DNA of 51,373 nt. It comes from Actinomycetes bacterium. GTDB taxonomy: Bacteria > Actinomycetota > Acidimicrobiia > Acidimicrobiales > JAKAOS01. The position numbers were made by a program, and so were the translations under genes. The DNA lies in contig JAJYPS010000003.1 of assembly GCA_021795215.1 (NCBI GenBank), positions 1-51,373 on the forward strand, in the 5' to 3' direction. Of the stretch, positions 7,870 to 15,964 are shown piece by piece. Below the pieces are notes generated by a model. The model worked only from the letters and a program-made list of their open reading frames with translations, was not told the DNA's origin and searched no databases. The first letter of the stretch is position 1. Every line of letters starts with the position of its first letter.

Positions 7870-9033
7870 TCACAGGGCCGCGTTGCTGCGGGAGGAAGGC
7901 AGGTGTCCCGCTCTCACCAGGCACCCGAGGACGTCGCAGATGACCCTGGTGGCGACCAGGGACGTGATCTCGGCACTGTCGTAAGGTGGCGAGCACTCCA
8001 CCACCTCGATGCCGGCGAGGGGCCGCTCCGACACCAGTTGGACGAACTTGAGCACCTCCCGTGGCAGGAAGCCTCCCGGCTCCGGCCAGCCGGTGCCGGG
8101 GACGAACGCAGCGTCGAGGCAGTCCACGTCGAAGCTGAGCCAGACCGCCTCCGCCCCGCGCCAGGCCACCTCGAGCGCCCTTTCGGCAGCCGCCTCTATG
8201 CCCATCTCGACGCAGTCGGTGACGGTCATGATGGTGGTGCCCCGTTCCCGGCCGACCTTGACACCCGGGCGGGGCGCCTGCCACCCGCCGATCCCTATCT
8301 GCACCAGGTTCTCCGGTGGGACGTTCGGAAGGTCCGTAGCATGGAACCACGGGGTCGTGTGCATCCGCTCGTCGAGGTCCGTCTCCTGTGTGTCGACGTG
8401 CCGGTCGAAATGGATGATGCCCAGGTTGCCCTGGAGTTGCCGGGCGACGCCGCGCACCGTCGGGTACCCGATCGAGTGGTCGCCTCCCAGTACCACAGGG
8501 AAGGCACCGGACCCGTAGACGTGGGCGACGGCTTTGGTGATCTGGTCGAACGTCTTCTCGATGTTGCCAGGGATCGTGAAGATGTCCCCCAGGTCGCCGA
8601 TCGTGATGGACTCTCGCAAGTCGACGCCCAGCTCGAAGCTGTAGGGCCCGTACAGAGCGGAGATCTTGCGGATGCCCTGCGGCCCGAACCTTGTGCCCGG
8701 CCGGTACGTGGTGCCGCCGTCGAACGGGGCACCCAGCACCGCCACGTCGTACTCGCCGCAGCGCCGGACGTCCTCCACGAATGGCGCCTTGAGGAAAGTG
8801 TTGATGCCGGCGAAGTGCGGCAGCTCGCCTCTGGAGAACGTCGGGATGCGCCGGTCCCCGATGGAGTCGGCTGCCGGTAGGCCGAGCTCGAGGCCGCGGG
8901 CCACCTCCCGCTCCCAGGCCGCCGTAGGCAGCTCTGCTTCGGCCGCCACTGCGTAGGCAGCTTCGACTCCGTACCGGCCGTGGCGCAGCGTTCCGGGGTG
9001 GTGTTGGGTCGGTTCGGCGGCGTTGTCGGTCAT
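7870..9033 (-). CDS. gdmH: Guanidine hydrolase (GdmH-type, arginase/ureohydrolase superfamily)
   Basis: Start MTDNAAEP after AGGAGG. Metal ligands GGDHS, DRHVD, SFDVDCLD. GdmH-type features: N-terminal extension with IPTFSRGELPHFAGINTF, GTTYRPG, MHTTPWFH, and Trp in GTGWPEPGG (Thr in canonical agmatinases). Guanidine riboswitch upstream. Confidence 0.85.
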   Translation of the reverse strand: MTDNAAEPTQHHPGTLRHGRYGVEAAYAVAAEAELPTAAWEREVARGLELGLPAADSIGDRRIPTFSRGELPHFAGINTFLKAPFVEDVRRCGEYDVAVLGAPFDGGTTYRPGTRFGPQGIRKISALYGPYSFELGVDLRESITIGDLGDIFTIPGNIEKTFDQITKAVAHVYGSGAFPVVLGGDHSIGYPTVRGVARQLQGNLGIIHFDRHVDTQETDLDERMHTTPWFHATDLPNVPPENLVQIGIGGWQAPRPGVKVGRERGTTIMTVTDCVEMGIEAAAERALEVAWRGAEAVWLSFDVDCLDAAFVPGTGWPEPGGFLPREVLKFVQLVSERPLAGIEVVECSPPYDSAEITSLVATRVICDVLGCLVRAGHLPSSRSNAAL

Positions 9034-9090
9034 GGACTCCTCCTGAGAGAGACGGCGCCGGGCCTGTGGCCCCTTGGCGTGGCTGTCGTA

Positions 9091-9196
9091 CTCTCCCGGG
9101 CTTTTGTCCCGCCGTGGAACGCCGCCGAGCGGCGCCTGCACCTCTTGGACCAGTCCCGCCGTCCCGACGGAACGGCGGCGGAACCCTAGATGCGCC
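9091..9196 (-). ncRNA. Guanidine-I (ykkC-yxkD) riboswitch
   Basis: Minus strand: GCAUCUAGGGUUCCG...GACUGGUCCAAGAGGUGC...CACGGCGGGACAAAAGCCCGGGAG, matching the guanidine-I consensus blocks. P1 GCAUCU/AGGUGC can pair. Confidence 0.93.
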
Positions 9197-10811
9197 TCAT
9201 GTGGAGTGAGTCGTGCCCAGTGTGGACCGTTCGTGTTTCGTTCGGTTTTCGCATTTGTGAACGATCCGTTGCAGACAAATCACCGCTGCTGTCCTCCGGT
9301 AGGTGCAACCACGAGTGCCTTGCCGGCGCAACCGATTCGCCAGACTCGTCCAAGAATGCGGCCGTGATGCGGGAGGAACCGCGGGACCGCTCAGCCTGTA
9401 AGGAAACGGCTATCGTGCCGTTCTTGACAGTCGTGCCGTCTCGCAGCAGGCTCGCAAGATCTTCGGGCGACTTACCGAACATCTTCAAATAGCACTTGTA
9501 GTACTCCTTGAAGATCGCCGTGGCCGCCATCGGATCGCACGGGTGCCAGCCCTCATTGACGTCGACGGCTGCAGGGGGATGTCCCATCCCGGCCGTAACA
9601 GTCCATCCCGTAGGGCAGCGTATCAGTAGCGGGGGCTGGTCCCGGTATGCCAGCCGGGTGGTGATCGTGGTGGCCGGCCAGAGCCGGACGGTCCGCCGCC
9701 AGGGAGCCCACCGCAGCTCCACTTGACCGGGGCCGCCACAAGCGGAGTGGAAACGAACCCACACGTCGCCCCGCCAGTAGTGCGGAAAGTGCACGCGGGT
9801 GCGGGATCCCTGAGACACCGTGGGGACGGACTCCAAAGTCGCATATCCGCCAAGTCGGTAGAGCGCGTCCAGCCGGGAGCCCAAGCTGCGCACCTTCGGT
9901 CGGCCACCAGCCTCCACGAGGCTGATCTGGTCGTCGGTCACTGGCAACGTCGGAAGCATTCGGGTCACCCTCTCTGCGACGGTGCGTTGCGACAGGCCTC
10001 GCGCCTCTCTCAGCGCTCTGTAGCTGGAACCGGGCAGAGGCAGGGAAGAGCCGTTGCCGCACTGCCATCCGTCGATTTCGTTCTCCCGAGCGGCCGCCCG
10101 CGGCAGCGACGACGAGGTGCCTCCGTCCGAGCGGCCGAAGGCATCCGGACCGAACGCCTCTTCCAACAGCTCACACCGGCTGCCCAGGAACGACTTCAGT
10201 GCACCGAGCCAATCTCCGCGCTCCCCCAGCAGAAGCTTCGCTTTGGAAATGAACACTTCGAGCGCCGGATCCGTCCTCGAGGCCAGCTTCAGGTCCGAGA
10301 ACCCGTTCATCACCGGCAGACCGAGACCGTCGGGGACCACGCCTTGGCCGAAGTCCACCCAACCGGGCTGCGACAGCTCCACACGGGCTCCCGGATTGAC
10401 CACCGATACCGGCACCGAGACGACGAGGCCGTCGGTGCCACCTCGAACGTTCGCCCTCACGGACAACGGACCCCACCTGATGGAGAGCCTCGCCTCCGTC
10501 GCACCGGCGGGCAGGCGCACCCAGCCCCAGACAGGCCCACCGCCCGAGCCGTAATTGTGCCGCCACACTTCGCGAGCAGGCAGTGCACCGGTGGACGGAA
10601 GGGCGACCGCCATGTCCACGAGTGCGCCCCCCGCCCCGTACGCTGCGTCCAATCTTGCCATCTTGGCCGCATCCGGTCTCCGCAGGCCCGACTCCCAGTT
10701 CGAGACGGCCGGTCTGCCGACGCCCAGCAGCGACGCCACCGTGCTGGCATTCATTCCAACGCACTTTCGCCATCCGCGTAACAGCCAACCCAGTGACAAC
10801 TCTGCGCTCAA
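9186..10811 (-). CDS. Protein with two XRE-type HTH domains, each followed by a similar unknown beta-rich domain (internal duplication)
   Basis: LRGWRKCVGMNASTVASLLGVGRPAVSNWESG...RLDAAYGAGG and YRALREARGLSQRTVAERV...QISLVEAGG...RLDALYRLGG. Downstream paired motifs VWGWVR..SIRWGP / VWVRF..ELRWAP. Confidence 0.8.
   Translation of the reverse strand: MSAELSLGWLLRGWRKCVGMNASTVASLLGVGRPAVSNWESGLRRPDAAKMARLDAAYGAGGALVDMAVALPSTGALPAREVWRHNYGSGGGPVWGWVRLPAGATEARLSIRWGPLSVRANVRGGTDGLVVSVPVSVVNPGARVELSQPGWVDFGQGVVPDGLGLPVMNGFSDLKLASRTDPALEVFISKAKLLLGERGDWLGALKSFLGSRCELLEEAFGPDAFGRSDGGTSSSLPRAAARENEIDGWQCGNGSSLPLPGSSYRALREARGLSQRTVAERVTRMLPTLPVTDDQISLVEAGGRPKVRSLGSRLDALYRLGGYATLESVPTVSQGSRTRVHFPHYWRGDVWVRFHSACGGPGQVELRWAPWRRTVRLWPATTITTRLAYRDQPPLLIRCPTGWTVTAGMGHPPAAVDVNEGWHPCDPMAATAIFKEYYKCYLKMFGKSPEDLASLLRDGTTVKNGTIAVSLQAERSRGSSRITAAFLDESGESVAPARHSWLHLPEDSSGDLSATDRSQMRKPNETRTVHTGHDSLHMRRI
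9235..9261 (-). promoter_or_regulatory. Putative GlnR-like box upstream of the guanidine riboswitch
   Basis: Minus strand TTCAC-n6-GAAAA-n6-GAAAC (11-bp period); an imperfect match to the actinobacterial GTNAC-n6-GAAAC consensus. Confidence 0.4.
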
Positions 10812-10950
10812 CGCAAGTCATCCTTTCCGGCCGCTACACCGCTGGTGTGGCACCCTGAACTTCCCCGTCCCAGGTATAGGACACCGTGTCCGGCTGCGTC
10901 AACACGAGCTCGCCACTTTTTACGCTCGTACCCCGTACAGTGGGGACCCC

Positions 10951-11865
10951 ATGGGGACAGAGCCTTCGGAGGGACGGGCTTCGGAGGGACAGGCTTCGGA
11001 GGGACAGGCTTCGGAAGTGGAGACGTCGACGGGCCCGACCACGGTGAGACGGTCGGAAGCGGAGTTCCGCCGTCACGTGCTGAACACGGCTCAGGAGATG
11101 GTCGACGAGCTCGGAGGCCTCAAGGTCACGGTGGACGATCTCTCCTTCGAGAAGGTGATCGAGCGCTCCCAGGTGTCTCGCAGCACGGCCTACCGCTACT
11201 GGCCGTCCCTTGAGCAGTTCCACGACGACGTGCTGCTGGAGCTGGCGGGGAGAACCTGGAACGGCACCGCAGCTTTCGATCCGGAGACCATCTCCATGGT
11301 CACGGAACTGGTCGGAAGCAACATCGCCAAACTGGTGACCGCCGAGGGACGGAGAGGCCTCTTCCGTGAGGGCGTTCGGATCGGCGTGGCCCGCAACTTC
11401 GCTGCGGTCTGCCGTTCCGCCGAGTGGCGGACGTACGTTGCGCTGACGGCCACCCTGCTGTCCTATCCGAAGGACTCGGAGGCGCACTGCCGCACCAGCG
11501 CCGCCCTGCGCAGGTCGGAGTCCAGGTTCCTCGACTACATGACGGAGTTCTATCAGGACATGGCGATCGTCCTCGGCTTCCGCGCCCGCCATCCCGACGG
11601 ACTGGAGCTACTGGCGGGAGCCGGGGCGGCGGTGCTCGAGGGGCTCGCCCTTCGCCAGATCCTGACGCCCGACTTGATCGGCCGGGTGCTGACGGTGGAA
11701 GGTCCAGATGGCGCCGAAGAGTGGGGTCTACCGGCCCTCTGCTTCCTCGCGGTTGCCGACTCCCTCGTAGAGCCGCTGCCGGACTACGACCCCACCAACG
11801 CGCTTGCCGAGTACTTCAACCGCGTGTCGAGACGTCGGCTTACGCCTTCCGAACGACTTTCGTGA
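10951..11865 (+). CDS. TetR/AcrR-like transcriptional regulator
   Basis: Probable start MGTEPSEG; HTH region LNTAQEMV...LSFEKVIERSQVSRSTAYRYWPS; helical C-terminal domain. Confidence 0.75.
   Translation: MGTEPSEGRASEGQASEGQASEVETSTGPTTVRRSEAEFRRHVLNTAQEMVDELGGLKVTVDDLSFEKVIERSQVSRSTAYRYWPSLEQFHDDVLLELAGRTWNGTAAFDPETISMVTELVGSNIAKLVTAEGRRGLFREGVRIGVARNFAAVCRSAEWRTYVALTATLLSYPKDSEAHCRTSAALRRSESRFLDYMTEFYQDMAIVLGFRARHPDGLELLAGAGAAVLEGLALRQILTPDLIGRVLTVEGPDGAEEWGLPALCFLAVADSLVEPLPDYDPTNALAEYFNRVSRRRLTPSERLS
10964..11015. repeat. 15-bp in-frame tandem repeat CTTCGGAGGGACRGG x3.5
   Basis: Encodes SEG(R/Q)A repeats in the regulator N-terminus. Confidence 0.9.
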
Positions 11866-12058
11866 TTGCCCGCCACTGTCGGATGCGACCGAGCCACACC
11901 CGCAGCAACCGCTGGGCCGATCTGGCAGGCCGGCCGCGAGGCGGCTCGAGTCCGGCCGGGACGGAACTGTGCCTCTGCCGCAGCCCTCGTTCGAGCGTTC
12001 GCCAGGACCGGCTCCGCACCTCCGTTCGAACGAGCCTGCGCAGGGTAGAGAACCCAGC

Positions 12059-12898
12059 ATGAAAACGTGGTTCATCACAGGAACGTCGCGTGGCTTCGGC
12101 CGGGAGTGGGCGGAGGCGGCGCTGGAGCGTGGGGACAAGGTGGCGGCGACCGCGCGGAGCACGGACAGTCTCGACCTGCTCGTCAAACAGTACGGCGATG
12201 CCGTCCTGCCCTTGCAGCTGGACGTCACGGATCGAGAAGCTGCGTTCGACGTTGTCGCTCGCGCCCACCAGCACTTCGGTCGGTTGGACGTGGTCGTCAA
12301 CAACGCCGGTTACGGCCAGTTCGGGATGATCGAGGAGCTCTCCGAACAGGAAGCCCGGTCGCAGATCGAGACGAATCTGTTCGGGGCGCTCTGGGTAACC
12401 CAGGCGGCACTTCCGCTGCTGAGGAGACAGGGGGGTGGTCACTTCCTGCAGGTCTCCTCCATCGGGGGGATCTCCGCTTTCCCGACGGTCGGCATCTACC
12501 ACGCTTCCAAGTGGGCACTGGAGGGCTTCAGCCAGTCGCTGGCCCAGGAGACGGCGGGGTTCGGCATCAAGGTGACGTTGATCGAGCCGGGCGGCTACGC
12601 AACCGACTGGGGCGGCCCCTCCGCAAAGCACGCCGCTGCGATGCCCGAGTACGACGGCGTCCGCGAACAGGCGGCCAACCGGCCCAGCCGACGCGGCTCG
12701 CCGGGAGATCCGAGAGCGACTCGACAGCCCATCTTGGAGATCGTCGACGCGGCAGAACCTCCGCTGCGGGTGTTCCTCGGTCGCATGCCGCTCGGTATCG
12801 CCGAGGCCGACTACGAGAGCCGCCTGGAGACGTGGCGCAAGTGGCAAGCCCTGGCCGAGCGTGCTCACGGGGACGTCGACTCCGCCGGCGGGGGGTAG
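12059..12898 (+). CDS. SDR-family oxidoreductase
   Basis: MKTWFITGTSRGFG, VVVNNAGYG, SSIGG, YHASK (YxxxK), IEPGGYAT. Confidence 0.93.
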   Translation: MKTWFITGTSRGFGREWAEAALERGDKVAATARSTDSLDLLVKQYGDAVLPLQLDVTDREAAFDVVARAHQHFGRLDVVVNNAGYGQFGMIEELSEQEARSQIETNLFGALWVTQAALPLLRRQGGGHFLQVSSIGGISAFPTVGIYHASKWALEGFSQSLAQETAGFGIKVTLIEPGGYATDWGGPSAKHAAAMPEYDGVREQAANRPSRRGSPGDPRATRQPILEIVDAAEPPLRVFLGRMPLGIAEADYESRLETWRKWQALAERAHGDVDSAGGG

Positions 12899-12975
12899 GC
12901 CGGGTCCGTTCTTGCTGCCTGGTCTGCAGGGGATGGACGTACCCGATTCTATGTCACCCACTCCGATTTCTACGT

Positions 12976-13839
12976 CTAGGGCAACCTGCGGTCGGATACC
13001 GCCTCCCGCGTTCGATCAAGAGCGCGAAGGGTCGCCAAATAGTGATGCTGGGCCACGACGGCGAACAGGCAGTCCACCACTGACAGCTGGGCGACCCTGC
13101 TTGCCATGGCCCCGGACCGGAAGGTCGTCTCCCGCGCTGCAGTGGTGAGCACATGGTCAGAAAGCTGCGCCAATGGAGACTTGGGGAAGTTGGTCACAAC
13201 CGCCACCGTCGCCCCCACGCTCTTTGCCTCCTTCAGTACGGCGAGGGTATCGAGGGTCGATCCGGTGTGGGAGATGGCCAGCAGGAGGTCCCCCGGTCCC
13301 AGCAGTGCCGCAGAGGTGATCGCTATGTTCGGATCGGGGAATGCGAAGGCAGTATGGCCCACGCGATGCAGTTTCTGCTGCAGGTCCAACGCCACTAGGC
13401 TGCTGGCTCCCACGCCGAAGATGTCGATGCGCCGAGACCGGACCGCCGCCAACGCCACCTTCGCCAGCACCTCGGTGTCCAGCTGGCCAGCAGTCTCCTC
13501 TATAGCCCTGGCATCGGCGAAGCAGACCTTCGACACCACATCCGCGACGACGTCGTCGGGTCCGATGTCGCTCCCCATCTGGCGTCCCTGCTCCGTGTTG
13601 GCACAGGCGGCCTCGGATGCAAGTGCTACTCGTAGCTCGGGATATCCCTTCAGCCCCATCGAGCGGCAGAACCGCACCACGGTGGTCTCCGAAGTGCCGC
13701 ATTCCGTCGCCAACCTGCTGATGGTCATGCTCGCCACTCTTCCCGGATCGTTCAGCACGGCAGAGCCCACTCGCCGCTCCGAAGGGGTCAGGCTTGGAAG
13801 CAGCGATCGCACCGTCACCAGCAGAGCGCGCGGCTTCAA
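12976..13839 (-). CDS. MurR/RpiR-family transcriptional regulator (HTH + SIS)
   Basis: LTPSERRVG...SETTVVRFCRSMGLKGYPELR; IFGVGAS; ISHTGST. Lies in the murQ cluster. Confidence 0.92.
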   Translation of the reverse strand: MKPRALLVTVRSLLPSLTPSERRVGSAVLNDPGRVASMTISRLATECGTSETTVVRFCRSMGLKGYPELRVALASEAACANTEQGRQMGSDIGPDDVVADVVSKVCFADARAIEETAGQLDTEVLAKVALAAVRSRRIDIFGVGASSLVALDLQQKLHRVGHTAFAFPDPNIAITSAALLGPGDLLLAISHTGSTLDTLAVLKEAKSVGATVAVVTNFPKSPLAQLSDHVLTTAARETTFRSGAMASRVAQLSVVDCLFAVVAQHHYLATLRALDRTREAVSDRRLP

Positions 13840-14954
13840 TCGGCGCCCAGCCGTCGATCGGCCATCCGAGCATCTCTACGCTCCGAGGCAGAATTCCACG
13901 TCTTGGGACCGAGTGCTATAGCAAGCGAGGAATGGACAGCCTCGCGGAGCTTTCTGACGGTTCGCTTGTCGCGGCCGTGATGGACCGCATTCGTGAGCAG
14001 CACAACCCACATCCCCGTCACCGGGTCCAGCGCAATGCTGGTTCCGGTGAACCCGGTATGGGACACGGCCTGAGCGGACCAACCGCGCCCCGGCAGGTAC
14101 GACTGATCACCGGCACATACCCATCCCAACCCCCTATGCCCGCCCAGGTCACCCGTTCCACATCTGTTCGCAGTATCCCTCAATGCCGCGGGGACTGGAC
14201 CGTCGTCTGCGCTGATCCACCACTTGGCAAAGCGTGACATGTCCGCGGCATCGGAGAACAATCCGGCGTGCCCGGCCACTCCTCCCAGGAAACGGGCGTT
14301 CTCGTCGTGGACCACGCCCTTCCACGCAGTGCCGTCTCTCCGGCGCTCGGTGGCGGCGACCTCTTCGCCCCGGGCGAGCGGGCCAAACCGTGTTCGCGTC
14401 AACGCCAGAGGCCGCGAGATCCTTTCTGCGAACGCCGCATCGAGCGACTCACCGGTCACTTCCTCCACCACGGACCCCAGCAGGATGAACCCGACGTCCG
14501 AATAGGCAACCAGGGTCCCAGGCTCTGCCTCGAGAGGTAGCCGGCACAGAGTCGCAGTGGCCTCCACAGGCTCGCCGCAGCGCAGCCAGAGCTCGCACGT
14601 GGCGGGAAGACCGGAGGTGTGGGTGAGAAGGTTCCGCAGGGTCACCTTGTGCCGCGCTCCTCCAGTGAACCCATGCAGGTAGGCGCTCACAGGGTCGTCG
14701 AGACTCACCGAGCCGTCCGCCACAAGGCTCAACACGAGGGGCAAGGTAGCCACCACCTTGGTCAGTGACGCCAGGTCGAACAGCGTGTCGTGCAGCATGG
14801 GACGACTGCCTCGCGGCGTGGTGTCGGCCCATCCGGCGGCGCTGGTGATCCAGGTCGTCTCTCCCAGACCGCCCGCAAGGACCGCTCCGGGCACGCTGCT
14901 CTCCACCGCCGCGGCAGCCACGTGCGCCGCTGTCTCTCCCATGAGGCGAATCAT
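13836..14954 (-). CDS. Serine hydrolase, beta-lactamase class C/AmiE-like family
   Basis: FDLASLTK (SxxK), LLTHTSGL, AYSDVGF, HTGFTGT. ATGA overlap with the upstream kinase and TTGA overlap with the RpiR gene. Confidence 0.88.
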   Translation of the reverse strand: MIRLMGETAAHVAAAAVESSVPGAVLAGGLGETTWITSAAGWADTTPRGSRPMLHDTLFDLASLTKVVATLPLVLSLVADGSVSLDDPVSAYLHGFTGGARHKVTLRNLLTHTSGLPATCELWLRCGEPVEATATLCRLPLEAEPGTLVAYSDVGFILLGSVVEEVTGESLDAAFAERISRPLALTRTRFGPLARGEEVAATERRRDGTAWKGVVHDENARFLGGVAGHAGLFSDAADMSRFAKWWISADDGPVPAALRDTANRCGTGDLGGHRGLGWVCAGDQSYLPGRGWSAQAVSHTGFTGTSIALDPVTGMWVVLLTNAVHHGRDKRTVRKLREAVHSSLAIALGPKTWNSASERRDARMADRRLGAD

Positions 14955-15880
14955 TTCCGGTCGCCTGCTGTCCAGGCTCTCGGAGCCAGCAGCGCTGCAC
15001 CGATCGAAGGGGGAGCCAGCGGCTGCGTTGCCGAAGTGAGCTTCAGGAAGCGGTCTCGTATTGCTGCCGCCTCGAACACCCCACCTACCGCAGCGACAGG
15101 CAAGCGGCCCAGTCGTCCACGTACCACCTCCGCCAACGATGCCAGGTGATCTGCCGCGCGCTCGCAGATCTGCCGGCACTCGGGGTCGGTGGCCGCCATG
15201 CCGGTCACCATGGGAGCCAGGTCGGCCAGCAGGTGACGATTGGTCGCGTGGTGGTAGACCTTCCTCACCAGATCCTCCAGACCGTCTCGAACATCGACGC
15301 CTGGCGGCATGACTGCCAGCGCGGCCTCCGCCAGAGGTGACCGGTTCCCCGCATCCAGCGCCCGCAGCATCGACCTTACGGCTTGGTTCCCCAGCCAGTA
15401 CGCCCCCCCTTCGTCTCCCAGGAGGAACCCGTGACCGCCAGCTCTCGCGCTGGCGGTCCCGTTCCATCCGGCAGCCACCGAACCGGTACCAGCAACGACC
15501 ACAATGCCGGCAGATCCCATGAAGGCGCCGAGCCGAGCAACTTCCACATCACTCGCCGCCCTCGTCCGGCAGCCGGTGCGAGCCTCCATCGCTGCCCCCA
15601 GCCGCACAGCGTCCTCCTCGCAACGCAGACCGGGCATCCCGATCCCGAGCGAGGTGCCTCCCAAGGCCGCCACGATCTCCGAGAGACCTTCCTCGAATCG
15701 CTCGGTCAGGAGCGCGTTCATCGGTCCGGCCACCATGGACTTCACCACCAGACCACTCTCGACCAGCACCGCGCGGGTGCAACTGCCCCCGGCGTCGATA
15801 CCGACAATGCTCCCGGGGCGATCGGCCAACTGACGAATCAACGGCTGACCGGCCTTCGACGAATACGAGACACTGGGCAT
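14951..15880 (-). CDS. BadF/BadG/BcrA/BcrD ATPase-family amino-sugar kinase (GlcNAc/MurNAc kinase-like)
   Basis: IVGIDAGGS, SDVEVA, VVVAGTGS, GFLLGDEGGAYWLG. Confidence 0.88.
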   Translation of the reverse strand: MPSVSYSSKAGQPLIRQLADRPGSIVGIDAGGSCTRAVLVESGLVVKSMVAGPMNALLTERFEEGLSEIVAALGGTSLGIGMPGLRCEEDAVRLGAAMEARTGCRTRAASDVEVARLGAFMGSAGIVVVAGTGSVAAGWNGTASARAGGHGFLLGDEGGAYWLGNQAVRSMLRALDAGNRSPLAEAALAVMPPGVDVRDGLEDLVRKVYHHATNRHLLADLAPMVTGMAATDPECRQICERAADHLASLAEVVRGRLGRLPVAAVGGVFEAAAIRDRFLKLTSATQPLAPPSIGAALLAPRAWTAGDRK

Positions 15881-15964
15881 CGCTAGTTACTTCTTGCCAG
15901 CTACGATGCCCAACGGGTAAGATTCCCACATCACAAAGCGGCATCATACCGGAGGGATATCACG

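Noticed and set aside
6144-7943. Long antisense ORFs (also 2725-4206, 25175-26986, 27916-30393, 35245-36684, 39936-41288)
   Set aside because: High-GC shadow frames overlapping well-supported genes; Arg/Pro/Gly-rich with no motifs.
7870-9033. Annotation as ordinary agmatinase (speB)
   Set aside because: The Trp in GTGWPEPGG, the GdmH-type N-terminal extension and the guanidine riboswitch argue for guanidine hydrolase.
14955-15467. Long N-terminal extensions in the ORF track (serine hydrolase; also GlnA3-like to 28433, csaA from 32722, TetR-like from 10555)
   Set aside because: They overlap neighbouring genes or promoters, and better starts with an RBS or coupled overlap exist downstream.
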